From the IMG/VR virus record IMGVR_UViG_3300018412_000011: a stretch of 64,000 bases of DNA; one strand, 5' to 3'. Position numbers and translations under genes: made by a program. Each line of letters opens with the position of its first letter. Positions within the stretch are counted from its first letter, which is position 1. Of this stretch, positions 19,314 to 30,967 are shown piece after piece. The notes under the pieces are model-generated. The model worked only from the letters and a program-made list of their open reading frames with translations, had not been told where the DNA came from and did no database searches. This stretch comes from an uncultured virus (IMG/VR IMGVR_UViG_3300018412_000011). Taxonomy: Duplodnaviria; Heunggongvirae; Uroviricota; Caudoviricetes.

Positions 19314-20312
19314 TTATTTAAACTTATCAATGATGTTTACGAAATCTTCACGAATATTGACTTGAACAGCTTTAGAAAGTTCTTTTTTAACTTTTTTTGC
19401 TTCTTTTTCATCAATATCTTGTTCAATTTCTTCTTCGAACTCTCTGCGATATTCGTCAATAATATCTACAATGTATGTTCCCATTAGGGGGCCAAACTTC
19501 TTTTCATCAATATGGTCGAACTTAGACACAACAGCATTACGCCTATTCTCATTAACACAACCTAAAAGCCAATTCAATTTTTCTTTGGCTTTTTCAGAAA
19601 GCTTAATATCCTCTTTTAACTTTGCACTTTTGTTTTTCCCATTTTCTTTGAATTTTGCATTTTTATTTTTAAAAATAATTCTAGACCCAGTATTGAAAGT
19701 GCAATATTCAACTGGTTCAATAACAGTGCCTTCGGCAATATTTCCGTCAATATCAGGCAAGCCATAATACTTAGGAATGGTAGTTAGAAAATCATTAGGA
19801 TATTCAAGACATTCTTTCAAAGTACCTCTTTTTAGAATTTTTGCATAATGAAAATCAGTTTTTGAAAAATAAAATCCCCTATCATCAACATTTAAATGTT
19901 CACCATTTTTTACAATGTCAAATCCATAAAAATCATTATGAGGACAATATGAAACCTCTTTTTGAACTTTTTTGGTTCCTGGAGGAGAGACTATATCAGG
20001 ATAACCTCCTCCAAACCACTCCCCATAAACGGAAACAAATCCATCATTTCCCAAAAGGTCATAGAGTTTTAACATTCTTTCTTTAAGGGAATCAACATGA
20101 GAATTAATCCCATAGAAATTGCTTTCAATCCCAATAAACCCACTTCGGGATGCAAGGCGAAATTCGTTACCATCATAGTGCATGGATAGATTGCTGCCAT
20201 GAACTTTTTCGGTACAAACGAACTCTTGATTGGCTTTGCCTTCTTCGACAACTTTATCAAGATATTTTTGACGTTGTACATTTTCAATACTAGAGAATTT
20301 AGTGAAATTCAT
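19314..20312 (-). CDS. RNA ligase, Rnl2 family
   Basis: EKVHGSN (motif I), GEWFG, FDI, EGTV and FKNK motifs. Confidence 0.92.
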   Translation of the reverse strand: MNFTKFSSIENVQRQKYLDKVVEEGKANQEFVCTEKVHGSNLSMHYDGNEFRLASRSGFIGIESNFYGINSHVDSLKERMLKLYDLLGNDGFVSVYGEWFGGGYPDIVSPPGTKKVQKEVSYCPHNDFYGFDIVKNGEHLNVDDRGFYFSKTDFHYAKILKRGTLKECLEYPNDFLTTIPKYYGLPDIDGNIAEGTVIEPVEYCTFNTGSRIIFKNKNAKFKENGKNKSAKLKEDIKLSEKAKEKLNWLLGCVNENRRNAVVSKFDHIDEKKFGPLMGTYIVDIIDEYRREFEEEIEQDIDEKEAKKVKKELSKAVQVNIREDFVNIIDKFK

Positions 20313-20949
20313 ATTTATATCCTTTTAATTTTCAATATGATCAAACATTACCGAACATTTATGAAAAGTCAACCTCTTTTTTAGTTTTCTTTAAAAGGGA
20401 GGGTTGTTCTCATCATAATCAAACGAATGGTCATTTTGGAGAAATCCATTATCTTCAGTAGAGGCAAAGATATTTTCATGTTTTAAAGAATGCTTAAGTT
20501 CTGTTTCTAAAAAAATAATTTCATCTTGTTCTAATTCTACATAAAGATAAGATGGTAAAGCACTTATTAATTTATCTTGGGGAACGCCATCTAAAGAATT
20601 ATTATTAAAAAAATGAGTTGCTCGCTTCAAAGTTTCAGAGAGAATGAGCGAAGGATAATTTGACAAATCAATCTTTAATTCTCTATTATTTGAATGTCCA
20701 TTTGTAGGTTCAAATACTGTCTTTAACCCGGCTTTGTAATATAAATTTTTACACAAATTTTTAATCTCTTCTTGAAATTCATTTATATTGTCAACACTCC
20801 ACCCCTCAGTTTTAAAAACCATAAATGGACCATTTTCTTCAGACAATTGGTACTCAAAACTTATTTCTAAAGTTTCTATTTCATCGGTGGTTCCCAAAGT
20901 ATTTCCATTTTGGGTTAAACATATTTGTATATTTTCAATGTTACTTTTA

Positions 20950-21510
20950 TTATTTTTCTCTATACTCATGATATTTCTTTACAGAATCATTATAAAATTT
21001 ATCCATTTCATTGTCAGATAAATTTTGCCAATTTTCAAATTCTTTGGGATTGTTAAAATTGTCCAAACTCCAACGAATTCTGACATCTAGAATCACAGAT
21101 CCATCTTCATTAAATTTGGGTAATAGAGGTTTAACCATATATGCCCCATTATCTTCAAAACAAACTTTTCTCCAACGATCATCAAATTCAAATTGTTCAT
21201 CGTTCCATCTCCAAGTAGGTCTACGAGAAAGTTTTTCTCGATTATAAAAATCAACTCCCACATTACTCCACCAACAAGTTTCTCCATCTTCAAGATTTTC
21301 AAGTAAATATTCGGGATTGCCGTCATTATAATTATATTCAATAAGCCAAGATAAATACCACTTACTATCTGAAGCACAATTAATGGAAATAAGATCGCCA
21401 GGAATTACATGGACATCTGAAAAACGTGAAGAAGTCCAATCCTTTCCTCTTATTGTAGGAAAGGATAAAAGTTCACTTAAAATAGACAATCTCGCCCTAA
21501 TGTTTGACAT
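20950..21510 (-). CDS. Hypothetical protein
   Basis: 186-aa Trp-rich ORF among contiguous minus-strand hypothetical genes (20.4-26.8 kb). Confidence 0.55.
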   Translation of the reverse strand: MSNIRARLSILSELLSFPTIRGKDWTSSRFSDVHVIPGDLISINCASDSKWYLSWLIEYNYNDGNPEYLLENLEDGETCWWSNVGVDFYNREKLSRRPTWRWNDEQFEFDDRWRKVCFEDNGAYMVKPLLPKFNEDGSVILDVRIRWSLDNFNNPKEFENWQNLSDNEMDKFYNDSVKKYHEYREK

Positions 21511-22885
21511 ATAAATTAAGGATTAAAAGTTCCTACTTCTTCTAGAAAATATTCTTCACTTGATTCCGATTCCTCCATTTCCTCGTTACAATCATAATCA
21601 AAATCCATTTGAATTTTTTCAATCTGCTCTCTTAAAATTTCATTAACCAAATCATTTAAAGTGACATCTCTTTCATGAGCCATTTTTGCCAAATTCAAAA
21701 ATAAATCATCATCAATATCAAAAGCTTCTTTTCGATATGGGACCAAAAGAAAAGAACCATCTTCGTGTTGTTTTATAGAAAATTTTTGTCCCTCTTCATA
21801 ATACAAATCTTCAGGTAATTCAATATAAAGTTCTTCTCTAGATTTTACTTTACAAACATATTCATTTTTCATTTTTTTCTCCTCGCAAACTTTCATGGAT
21901 TCTTAAGCTTTCATTAGGGTGTAAGCAAATGAATTCTTCCTCAAGTTCTTCATCATACCAAACTTCTCTTTCGATATTAGGAACAATAATGTTTTCCCCA
22001 TCAGAATTTACAGTATAGTAATCGCCCCTAAATTTAGAAATTAATTCCATTTTTGAAGACTTCTTTGTTTTTGAAGAATTTTGGGGTTTATATTGACCTT
22101 CGTATTTTTCCAACTTTTGTGCTAGTTTGACATTAGCTCTAATCAACTTGCGATAATAATCTCCAATCTTTTTTGAATTCTCCAATATTTTTTTAAGTTC
22201 TTCATCTTCTGCTAATTCCCTCAACACCATTTCTCTGCAAGAATATGAACAATGACAAGATTTCAAATACTCAATCATTGCTTCCCCTGCATCAATTGGA
22301 TGAATGGTTTGCAAACAAACTAAAGCATCATACTTTAGCTCGTCCAAGTGAACTTGCAGTTCTTCACTTATTTTATCGTTCATTTTTTATTTCCATTTAT
22401 AACATCTATAATAGAATCTAAGCCCAAATAAGTTTCTGGCAAACTCATTTTAACAGAAGCTCTAATATTTTCAAACAAAGCGTGTCTTTTGATTTTTTCT
22501 TCTGGAACATATGGAAGTAAATTCATCATTTCCGTGCCAATTCTCCAGCAATGCCATTCTAAAGGATGAACCAAGATAATGTTCACATAAGGGCCAACAT
22601 CAACCACGTCTACATCAGATGGATATATTTTTTTAGATATATTGTAATCTCCACTTTTTACCCTGCAACCCTCTAACTCAAAATAGGCTAATTTTAGATC
22701 AAAATCAGAAACAACAAAAGGGCACAATACAATATCTATGTCTTGATAAACAGTGCCATCCGAAAAACAATAACTTCCAGTTATAAAACTAGAACGAAAG
22801 TTTTTAAGTATATAGTTTTTTATTTCTTCAATATTCATTTTTAAATCTCTTATTTAGTTTAAACTTCATTTTGAATTTGAATTGA

Positions 22886-23635
22886 TTACATTTCAAATTC
22901 TTTCTTTTTTGCTTCAACGTCCTTTCTGATATTTTTTGATGTTGCAAGCAATTCGATATTTTTTGCTATTGCAGTTAATTCATCAATATCCGACAAGCGA
23001 ATATAATCTTCCAACAAATATTTAATTTTTTTAATTGTTTTATTTTTTGATTCTTGCTTATGAGCTCGTTCGATAATATCTTGGCATTTCTTTTTTTCTT
23101 TTTCTTCGGTAATTTCTTCTAATTTTTCAGAATATATTGCAATAACTTCTTCAGGACTAGTTCCCCAAATCCATCCGTTATATGAAAAATTATCAAAATT
23201 GCCAGGCAAATCGTTTCCTGTTAATTCGCTAACCCTTTGCATTTCTTTTTCTACTTCAAATGAAAGATTGATTGTATAATCAGTAAGAATTTCTAAAATC
23301 TTTTTTTGCTTGCTGTCTTCTGCTGAGTTTAAAATTTCTGCAACTTCTTTTGTATAACAAGGATAAATGTAAAGCCTTGGAGCTCCAAATTTTTCTTTAA
23401 ATTGTTGAATAAAAACTCCGACTCCAAATTCCTCGTATATCTTTTCTACTTCTTCACAAAAAATTTCAAACAATTCCCACCATCCCTTATCACATTCAGG
23501 GCCGAACATATGCCAAGCCAAAACTTCTCTTTCTCTTTCGTCACTTCTCCCACAAGTATTAGGACATTTCTTAGACATATAGGTCTTAAAACTTTCCGAA
23601 TTCATATCCTTGTATTTTTCTATATTGTTTTTCAT
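22886..23635 (-). CDS. Conserved phage hypothetical protein
   Basis: ECDKGWWEL...QFKEKFGAPRLY motif, common in phage proteins of unknown function. Confidence 0.6.
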   Translation of the reverse strand: MKNNIEKYKDMNSESFKTYMSKKCPNTCGRSDEREREVLAWHMFGPECDKGWWELFEIFCEEVEKIYEEFGVGVFIQQFKEKFGAPRLYIYPCYTKEVAEILNSAEDSKQKKILEILTDYTINLSFEVEKEMQRVSELTGNDLPGNFDNFSYNGWIWGTSPEEVIAIYSEKLEEITEEKEKKKCQDIIERAHKQESKNKTIKKIKYLLEDYIRLSDIDELTAIAKNIELLATSKNIRKDVEAKKKEFEM

Positions 23636-23700
23636 TTAATATCCTTTCTATTTGTCTCGATAATAGAGGATTAACAACCAATTGTAAAGAATAAAATTTA

Positions 23701-24186
23701 ATGAAAATTCTCAAAATATCACATATTAACTCTCAACATAAGCAAGAAGAATTTTTAAATAAAATTTTTTCAACCGAAACTAAAAGCAAAATACAATCTC
23801 TTATTCAAAAAATAGACTCGAAATATGAAAGCCAAGAACTAGATTCAGAACTAGATTTTCTAGAAATGGAACTAGAAAACATTTTAGAACTTGAAGATGA
23901 TTACGATGCTGACTTAGAAAGGGAAATAATTGAAGAGGATTATATGGATTCTGATTCCAGTCAAGGAGGCATGTTAGATGATATTATTTATAGATTTACA
24001 CATTACGTAAATAGGAATCAAGAATGGTCGCTATATCATGATAGAGAAAATTCATTTCAAGAATTCATTAAGGCAATAAGAGATATTTTATTAATGGCGG
24101 GGGCCAAAAATGTTCAGAATTATTCGGATAAATATATTTATGAATTAGCCGAAGATATATATAACAATCAACCCAAACACATTTAA
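23701..24186 (+). CDS. Acidic hypothetical protein (one of few plus-strand genes)
   Basis: 161-aa ORF filling a gap in minus-strand coding. Confidence 0.65.
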   Translation: MKILKISHINSQHKQEEFLNKIFSTETKSKIQSLIQKIDSKYESQELDSELDFLEMELENILELEDDYDADLEREIIEEDYMDSDSSQGGMLDDIIYRFTHYVNRNQEWSLYHDRENSFQEFIKAIRDILLMAGAKNVQNYSDKYIYELAEDIYNNQPKHI

Positions 24187-27099
24187 AGTTCCCCTTCGAC
24201 AAGAATAAATCCAATTAAATACAAAACTTCTAACTCGGGAACAAAATCTTCATGTTATTTGTCAAGAAGAGTGCATCCATAATAACCATCGGTTCCATTT
24301 TTATATTTGAACTCAATCCTTATTTGGCCATTAACCTTGAACATGACAGTTAATCATTTTTACAAAGTTAATCATTTTTTACAAAAAACAAACTTTTTGT
24401 ATTCCATATTTTTTCATCTGTATTGTTTTAAACCTTCTCGAATGCAATTAACGTGAAAAAACAAATTTACTATTTTGGGAGAAACATGAACTCTCTCTAA
24501 AACAAGTGCATTTCTGCCTTTCTCAATAATTTCTTCGCATGCCTTACATTTAGCATCTCTTTCAACTGTTCTAAATTTCCATTCTGGCACTATACTTCTC
24601 CTTTGACCTTAATATTTTCTTTAAATTCTTCTAGAGATGCAAGTTGTCTAACAAGTTCTTCATGTTGTTTGTCTGTTATTGCATACAAATGACTAAACCA
24701 ACGCCCCGTTTCTTCAAGTGGGCAGTAAAAAATCTCTGTGTGCCCACGATTTCGTTGAATAGTTTTTAACCCCATAGGATTTTCCCCATAAAAAATAGCA
24801 AAAGAACCTATTCTGTCAGAAACAGGGTTTATAGGGGGTTCTTTCTCATTTTCTTCTTTAATGAATCTTAATATTTTAGATAATTTATTCATTGTTGTTC
24901 CCTAAAGTTCTGTGTTTGTAATATCTTCATATTCTTCTAAAATAAAAATTTTTTCAAAATTAACAATTAAATTTTACCAAGTGTTTATTCTAGGACTCAT
25001 CATAGAAAAATTATAGTCTTCAACTAAGTTCTTTCCGGTCAGTTATCGATAACAATTTTCTCGTTTTATCTGCTTGGTTCTAACAACAAAACTTTTTCCT
25101 TTAAGGGATTTAATTCGGTCTTTCCAAGAAGATTCCAAAAGAATGGGATTTTCATCTTCACAACCTGTGATCAAACAATCAATATCATATTCTTTTAAAG
25201 CGTTTTTAATCGCATAAGCAATACAAGACTTACCTGTTCCAGGTCCTCCTGCAACTTCAATAATAGGCATTTTAACTTCAATTTCTTTCATTTTTCATTC
25301 CTTATTGTTATAAAATTTTTACCAAGCACTCCAAATAAGATAATCGTTCTCCCAATCAAATGTACGATAAATATATGTAATGTTAAAGATGGAATATTCC
25401 ATTTTCCAAGAACGAACAATTTCCCCATCTGTTTTCCCTCTCTTTAAGTGATATGGATAAACTTCCCAATTTTTAGGTTTCCATTCATTAACTTTATTTA
25501 TAAAATATGCTTCTCTGTCTTTTTCATTTGCAAGTAATTTTTCAAAATATTCGAAGATTTGACTATGAAAATCATCAATAATTATCCTCAAATGTTTTTC
25601 TTGCATAATGTGGAATTCTGATTCCATTTTTTTATAAATATCAAAATTTTTATAAAAAGGTTCCAAGGGATCTTCAGAAGGAAAAGAATAATATTTTCCT
25701 ATTTCATATAATTGAGTGTGAAGAGAAGGATAACTCATCCCCCCATTGTTATGATCATTAAAATACTCTTCTGCTTCTTCCCAAGAAAAATTCCTTAAAA
25801 ATTCAGATCCTTTTTTATTGATTTTGCCAAGTCTGCTTCGATATCCCATAATTAATCACCATTCATTTTTTGAAATAAATTCTATCTCTAAATTTCCTTT
25901 TTGCTCCCAAAAGTCAGTCCAATTAATAGACTTTATTCGTCTTTCTTTAATAGAGCGCAAAGCCTCTTTTTCAAAATTATTTTCGGGCTTTAAAACCACT
26001 TTATCATTCTCTCTAACTACTTTCATAACGGACACCATTTATCGGGGAAATTTGTTTCTGTCTCTTCTTCTTTCGTTTTTTTGTTGTAATAGATATCTCC
26101 AGGTTTCAACCATGATCTCGAAAACCAAATTCGAACACAACCAACCACAAAAATAAAACTAGCGATAAAAAACACTACAAATGCAGCTAAATATTTCAAT
26201 GCTAATACAATATCAATCATTCGTTGTTAATCTCCAATCAGAAGTAAAATTGATAACTTTGTGACCTTTAGCTAAACTCTATATGGAACAATTTAATTCT
26301 TCTGGAGTTAAATCTGTCTGTCTTGTTACTTGAGCAAGAGTGCAAGGACTATCTTTTGATAATTCTTCGATGATTTCTAGTGTTTTGTAATCTATTTCAT
26401 TCATCTTTGATGACTCCTTTCAATTAAGTTGAGTTCATCAAAGGAAAGTGTATTTTCTCCTTTTCGCAAAGAATGTTCCATTTTTCTTTTAATATCCTCA
26501 ATCTTATATAAAATCAAAGCTTCTTCTGGTGTTAAGTAATCTTCTATATTGGTTTTCTTTTTGTGAAATTCTTCATAAGCTTTTTTGCAAAAATCACAAC
26601 TTGTTCCATTACAAGAAGAACTTTTACATTTAGGACATGATATAGCAAAAGTCCCGCAAAGATCACACCATCTAACATCTCGTTCCCAAGGTAAATCCTC
26701 ATAAAATATTTTGTCGAACAATTCTTTTTCATTTTCGCTCATTATTTTGGACCTGTATAATTAATTATATTTTCCTTTCTAAACAATTCTTACCAAAAGA
26801 AACTTCTTCCTTTAAACAAGTTTGACAGCCACACTCACTACAAGATAGACAAATATTCAATCGGATTTTCGTTAAGCTGATTCGGGTTCATGCATCCATC
26901 CTAAAGCTTGCTGCTCAGTGATATGCCCTATACAGTCGCAGTCGCCTAAATATTCCCATGCCCCACAATTTGAATATATTCTGTAAGGCTTAACCCATTT
27001 ACATAACCTATACCTATTAACACCATCTTCTCTTTGTTTAACTATGATGGAACTTCCATCTCTTGGCGCTTCATCCATAGGTATTAAGCGAATATTATT

Positions 27100-28750
27100 G
27101 TCGTCCATTTAGTGTCTCCATATCTAAGGGTTATTTGCATTCAAGGCATATAGGTAAGTCCGTGCCATACTTCCCGTGAGTTTATCTCCAACAAGTGGAT
27201 TGGCTAGATTCGATTCGTTCCCTTAATCATCCTTCGCGTTATATCCCTTAAAACGAAGCCTTAAAAAGGGATGTAGTACATACACAGCAATCTCCATGTC
27301 ATCAGGCGTCGGCCCATAAACCGGAATGTTCACTGACTCGCCCCACCAGTAAGGGCCACCAACATCCTTGCTGTTTATTCTCTCGCCCTCTATTGGCCCA
27401 TCTTCGCACAAGTACATCATTACAACGATTCCTCCTGCCCAATCTCCTTCGTTGATTCGGCAAAGTCAGCGTTGAAGAAATCACGCGCACTTTGGAGATG
27501 GCCAATCAACACGTCCAAGGATTCAGGGCAAGTGGAGGTTATCTGTAAAAAAACGTGGCGTTTCTCGTTTTCCGTCCTCCCCCCTTGTCCAGTTGTCGCT
27601 CCTATTTCGACACCCGGATCATGCATAAACAAAACACCATGATTGCCGTCATCAGCTTTTACAGCGCAGATTGACACATCTCCATGACCTAGCTCAAGTT
27701 TTGTCGTCGTCATATTATTCTCCATCGGGGTTTTAGTTTCAACAAATCGCTTTTTGGCGGGAGAATCCCCGACAACTTCGACGTGGTAAATTATTCTTCC
27801 ATCGACCGTGCGCCTGCCGTAGTCAATTTTAAGATATGCCCCACACCGTTTACAAACCAAATCTATCCGACCGTCAGCCCACTCTAAGTCTGCAGGTTTG
27901 CAATCAATTCCACATTTACAACCATTCGTTTCGCCGACTAAAGTAAGATCGACTTCTGCGTTAGGATCTTTCATCCCTGCCTTGTCGAAAATCTCAGCAC
28001 GAAAAACGTCACACTGATCCGACAGGGTTTGCGCGTCTACCTCGCTTACATGCCACTTTGGGGCGTTATCAGAGTTAAACCCGTTTTGATGTTTTCCCGT
28101 TGGCATTTCGCCAATCAAGAAATTTGGAGTGTTCCAAGGTTTAATTTTTACTTCCATCGTTATTCTCCATTTAAGATTTCTGTTTTAACAATCCGTTGAT
28201 CGGGAGAACCCCCGACAGCTTCGGCGTTGAATTCTTCATCATCCGGCCAACACTCGGGGTCCATCGCTTCTTCAAGATCGCACAGGCGAGAAGCCACTTC
28301 TGATAATTCAGGGGCACATTTAACATCGTTCGGGAGGCTTTCCCAAGCGTCAAGCAGAGGGCCAGCCACAGCCGCGGCTTTCTCACCCTGCTTGCGTCGG
28401 TAGTAGTCCCTTTCTTTTTCAACTAGACACTTGGCCGAATTGCCGACATCGTTTCTCTCATTCATGCGTCACCTCCGTCGTCGTTGGACAGAATACACAC
28501 AATATCCGTAGCTTTCATGTGTTCGCAATAACAACTAGATTTTGATTCAATGTGGTCTGCAATAGCACAGTTTAAATCATTCGCAGATTTGGCATCGAAA
28601 AGCACAAATCCGTCTTTCCACTCCCCCCGTCCCCCTTGAGGCTTTGATTGATACCATTCAAAAGACACTTTAAAAACTCCAAGAATGTTGTCAATCGAAT
28701 TGCCCGAACTGTTTCGATCACTCATAGTTTTTCCTAAGTTTGAACTCATA
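27100..28750 (-). other. GC-richer mosaic of short hypothetical ORFs with attC-like palindromic junctions
   Basis: Visibly higher GC than the flanks; related palindromes at 27736-27785 and 28182-28231. Confidence 0.5.
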
Positions 28751-29158
28751 ATTATAACTCTATTGAATTTGCTACATCGTACATAAAAACATCTCCAACT
28801 TCTCCAACCATTCCTTCCTCTTTATAACGGACCTTTGTTGCCAAACTTTCAAGGACAGTATAAGATTTCCTATGCCCTTCCACTTCCCCTTTTGCATTTT
28901 GAATTATAAAAGCCTCTTCAACTCGAATAACTTTTACCTCTTCCCTTTGAGGTTCTTCCTTTTTGCACCCCAAAGAAACAAAAATTAAAAAAACTGCGAT
29001 AATAAACGATTTGACTTTCATAGTAGTATATTTACAGAATATTGTTTAAAAGTAAAGAGAAATTATCTGCTAATATCATATTTATCCATTAAAGCCCCAA
29101 CTACATTGCCTTCTGCCCTTTTTAAGGCACTTCCCATATTCTGTTTCGTAATAGGACC

Positions 29159-29194
29159 GTCAATTACCCCTAGACTAAAGATTTAGGGGTTTCC
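29159..29194 (+). mobile_element. Isolated IS200/IS605-type end hairpin
   Basis: GTCAATTACCCCTAGACTAAAGATTTAGGGGTTTCC resembles the GTCAAnnACCCC...CTAAAG...GGGG ends of IS200/IS605 (IscB/TnpB) elements; no transposase nearby. Confidence 0.5.
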
Positions 29195-29224
29195 ACTCAC
29201 ATATCATGAAATAAACAATAAAAA

Positions 29225-29275
29225 TGGAACCCAAGATCGGGATCGAACCGATGACCTTTTTCTTACCCAAAAAGC
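29225..29275 (-). pseudogene. 3' fragment of tRNA-Thr(GGT)
   Basis: GGTAAGAAAAAGGTCATCGGTTCGATCCCGATCTTGGGTTCCA: T-arm, 3' acceptor strand and CCA present; D-arm and 5' acceptor strand absent. Confidence 0.65.
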
Positions 29276-29277
29276 GA

Positions 29278-30039
29278 CTATAAAGAACTTAATTTGTAAT
29301 CTCTTACTTTGTCGCCTTCTTTTGGGTGCTTATAAATTTTTTGCCTTTGATATTTATTGATACGCCTTTCATCTTTACCCAAATTATTGCCTTTACTAAA
29401 TTTGAAACCAAAATTAGTATTTTCAGAATTTTTAACTTTTAATATTGAAAGATTTTTGATTGTTTTTTTAATTTCAAACCCAAAAAACAAACTGCATTTA
29501 AATTTAAGAATTAAATCAACTTTACCTTTATTATCAAATAAAAAAGAATTGCCTTGTTTCCCATCTCTATTGGGAACAACTTCAATGCAATTATTAGAAT
29601 ATTTAATATTGCCTATCCCTAATTTTTTATGTTCCCCACACTCAATCCCGATCTGAACAGACGAATCGTGAATTATTAATGAATTTTCATTCGTTGAGGT
29701 TCTACTTTCTATATAGCTCCCTTGATATTCTATAGGCAAAAATGAAAAAATGCCTACATAAGTATTAAAATTATTTTCTTTTTCTCTAGTTACGTTTAAA
29801 TCCACCCAAATGAACTTCGAGAGAATAAAGGGAGACAATATCAACATAAAAAAAACGATGAAAAAATTTATAACTGGACTGATAATTTCCAAGAATTCAA
29901 TTGTCCATATACAAGGCCCTAAAAGTAAATTAAGTAAGAAAAGAAAAATTAACACATTGGCCAAAAAACTTATTCTACTTAAATAAAACATGAATAAAGC
30001 ATACATGAACTGTTCATGCTTGTTAAAAAAAATTAACAA
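29278..30039 (-). CDS. Membrane protein inside the tRNA array
   Basis: Two hydrophobic N-terminal segments; start uncertain. Confidence 0.55.
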   Translation of the reverse strand: MLIFFNKHEQFMYALFMFYLSRISFLANVLIFLFLLNLLLGPCIWTIEFLEIISPVINFFIVFFMLILSPFILSKFIWVDLNVTREKENNFNTYVGIFSFLPIEYQGSYIESRTSTNENSLIIHDSSVQIGIECGEHKKLGIGNIKYSNNCIEVVPNRDGKQGNSFLFDNKGKVDLILKFKCSLFFGFEIKKTIKNLSILKVKNSENTNFGFKFSKGNNLGKDERRINKYQRQKIYKHPKEGDKVRDYKLSSL

Positions 30040-30080
30040 TAAAAGCGCTTGTTGAAAAATTGTTTATGAAAAACGATTTG

Positions 30081-30151
30081 TGTCAAAAGTATGACTCGAA
30101 CTTACATCTTCCCCATACTAAGGGAAACTTCTGCCATTGAAATATTTGGGC
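30081..30151 (-). pseudogene. Degenerate tRNA-Thr(AGT)
   Basis: Anticodon arm TTCCC-TTAGTAT-GGGGA and TTCGAG loop; acceptor and T stems mismatched, no CCA. Confidence 0.55.
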
Positions 30152-30201
30152 CTATTTGTGAAATTTCGTGCAAGATATTTTGGGCATTATTTATAGTAAA
30201 A

Positions 30202-30276
30202 TGGTACTCGGTGAGAGAATCGAACTCCCATCATCGGTATGTAACACCGAGGTCTTAGCCGTTGGACAAACCGAGC
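30202..30276 (-). tRNA. tRNA-Val(TAC)
   Basis: Cloverleaf; anticodon arm TCGGT-GTTACAT-ACCGA; CCA end. Confidence 0.8.
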
Positions 30277-30323
30277 ATAATTAACCAAAACTTACTTTAT
30301 GCTTTTACGCCCACCAAATAAAA

Positions 30324-30400
30324 TGGTGGTCGATACTGGACTTGAACCAGTTACCCCTTCAATGTCAATGAAGTGCTCTAGCCAAATGAGCTAATCGACC
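30324..30400 (-). tRNA. tRNA-Val(GAC)
   Basis: Canonical cloverleaf; CTTCA-TTGACAT-TGAAG; ACCA. Confidence 0.92.
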
Positions 30401-30406
30401 ATAAAA

Positions 30407-30509
30407 TGGAACATGAGGTGGGCTATTTACCCTACTTCTCCGCCTTAACCTGGGAACCAAACGTGTTTCAACGCTCATTTCGAGCTTCAAAAATAAAAGC
30501 TTCTCATGC
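30407..30509 (-). ncRNA. tRNA-like RNA with enlarged centre, anticodon undetermined
   Basis: Acceptor GCATGAG/CTCATGT-TCCA, D-like GCTT/AAGC hairpin, atypical T-arm. Confidence 0.45.
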
Positions 30510-30642
30510 ATAAAATGTGCAAGCGGTAACTGTAAACTATCTCAACTCTTAAACCGACAGACTGTTATCTTTGTTCCAGACAAAGTTGCAGTAATTCAGA
30601 AAGCATCAATGATTTAATACTCAATCCCTTACTTGCGGAAAT

Positions 30643-30746
30643 TGGCGGGCCTGCTCTCACCCGAGTCAAACCACTTAAGTCTCTGTAATGGTGGAAGAGG
30701 GTCACATCCCCTATACACAAAACTTCAATGACAGGCAGGTTTCGCC
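30643..30746 (-). ncRNA. Structured small RNA candidate in the tRNA array
   Basis: Ends pair (GGCG..CCTGC / GCAGG..CGCC) and the sequence finishes in CCA. Confidence 0.4.
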
Positions 30747-30751
30747 TAAAT

Positions 30752-30859
30752 TGGTGAATGGGGCAAGATTCGAACTTGCGGCGACTTCTTAAACTCGTTT
30801 TTCGGACCTTTCCATCCATCATAGTTTAAGTACGGCTCTACCAACTGAGCTACACATTC
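30752..30859 (-). tRNA. tRNA-like gene with a greatly extended anticodon arm (identity undetermined)
   Basis: Normal acceptor, D (GCTCAGTTGGTAGAGC) and T arms with ACCA; about 32 extra nt around a CTTAAAC/GTTTAAG stem. Confidence 0.65.
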
Positions 30860-30866
30860 AAAAAAT

Positions 30867-30964
30867 TGGTGGATCGACTGGGGTTCGAACCCAGGACTCC
30901 AAGATTAATCATTTGCGCTATCTTACGCTGAAGTCTCGTACTCTACCAACTGAGTTACCGATCC
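30867..30964 (-). tRNA. tRNA-Lys(TTT)-like gene with a 22-nt insertion in the anticodon loop
   Basis: Removing 30909-30930 gives a 76-nt cloverleaf with CGAGA-CTTTTAA-TCTTG. Confidence 0.75.
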
Positions 30965-30967
30965 ATT

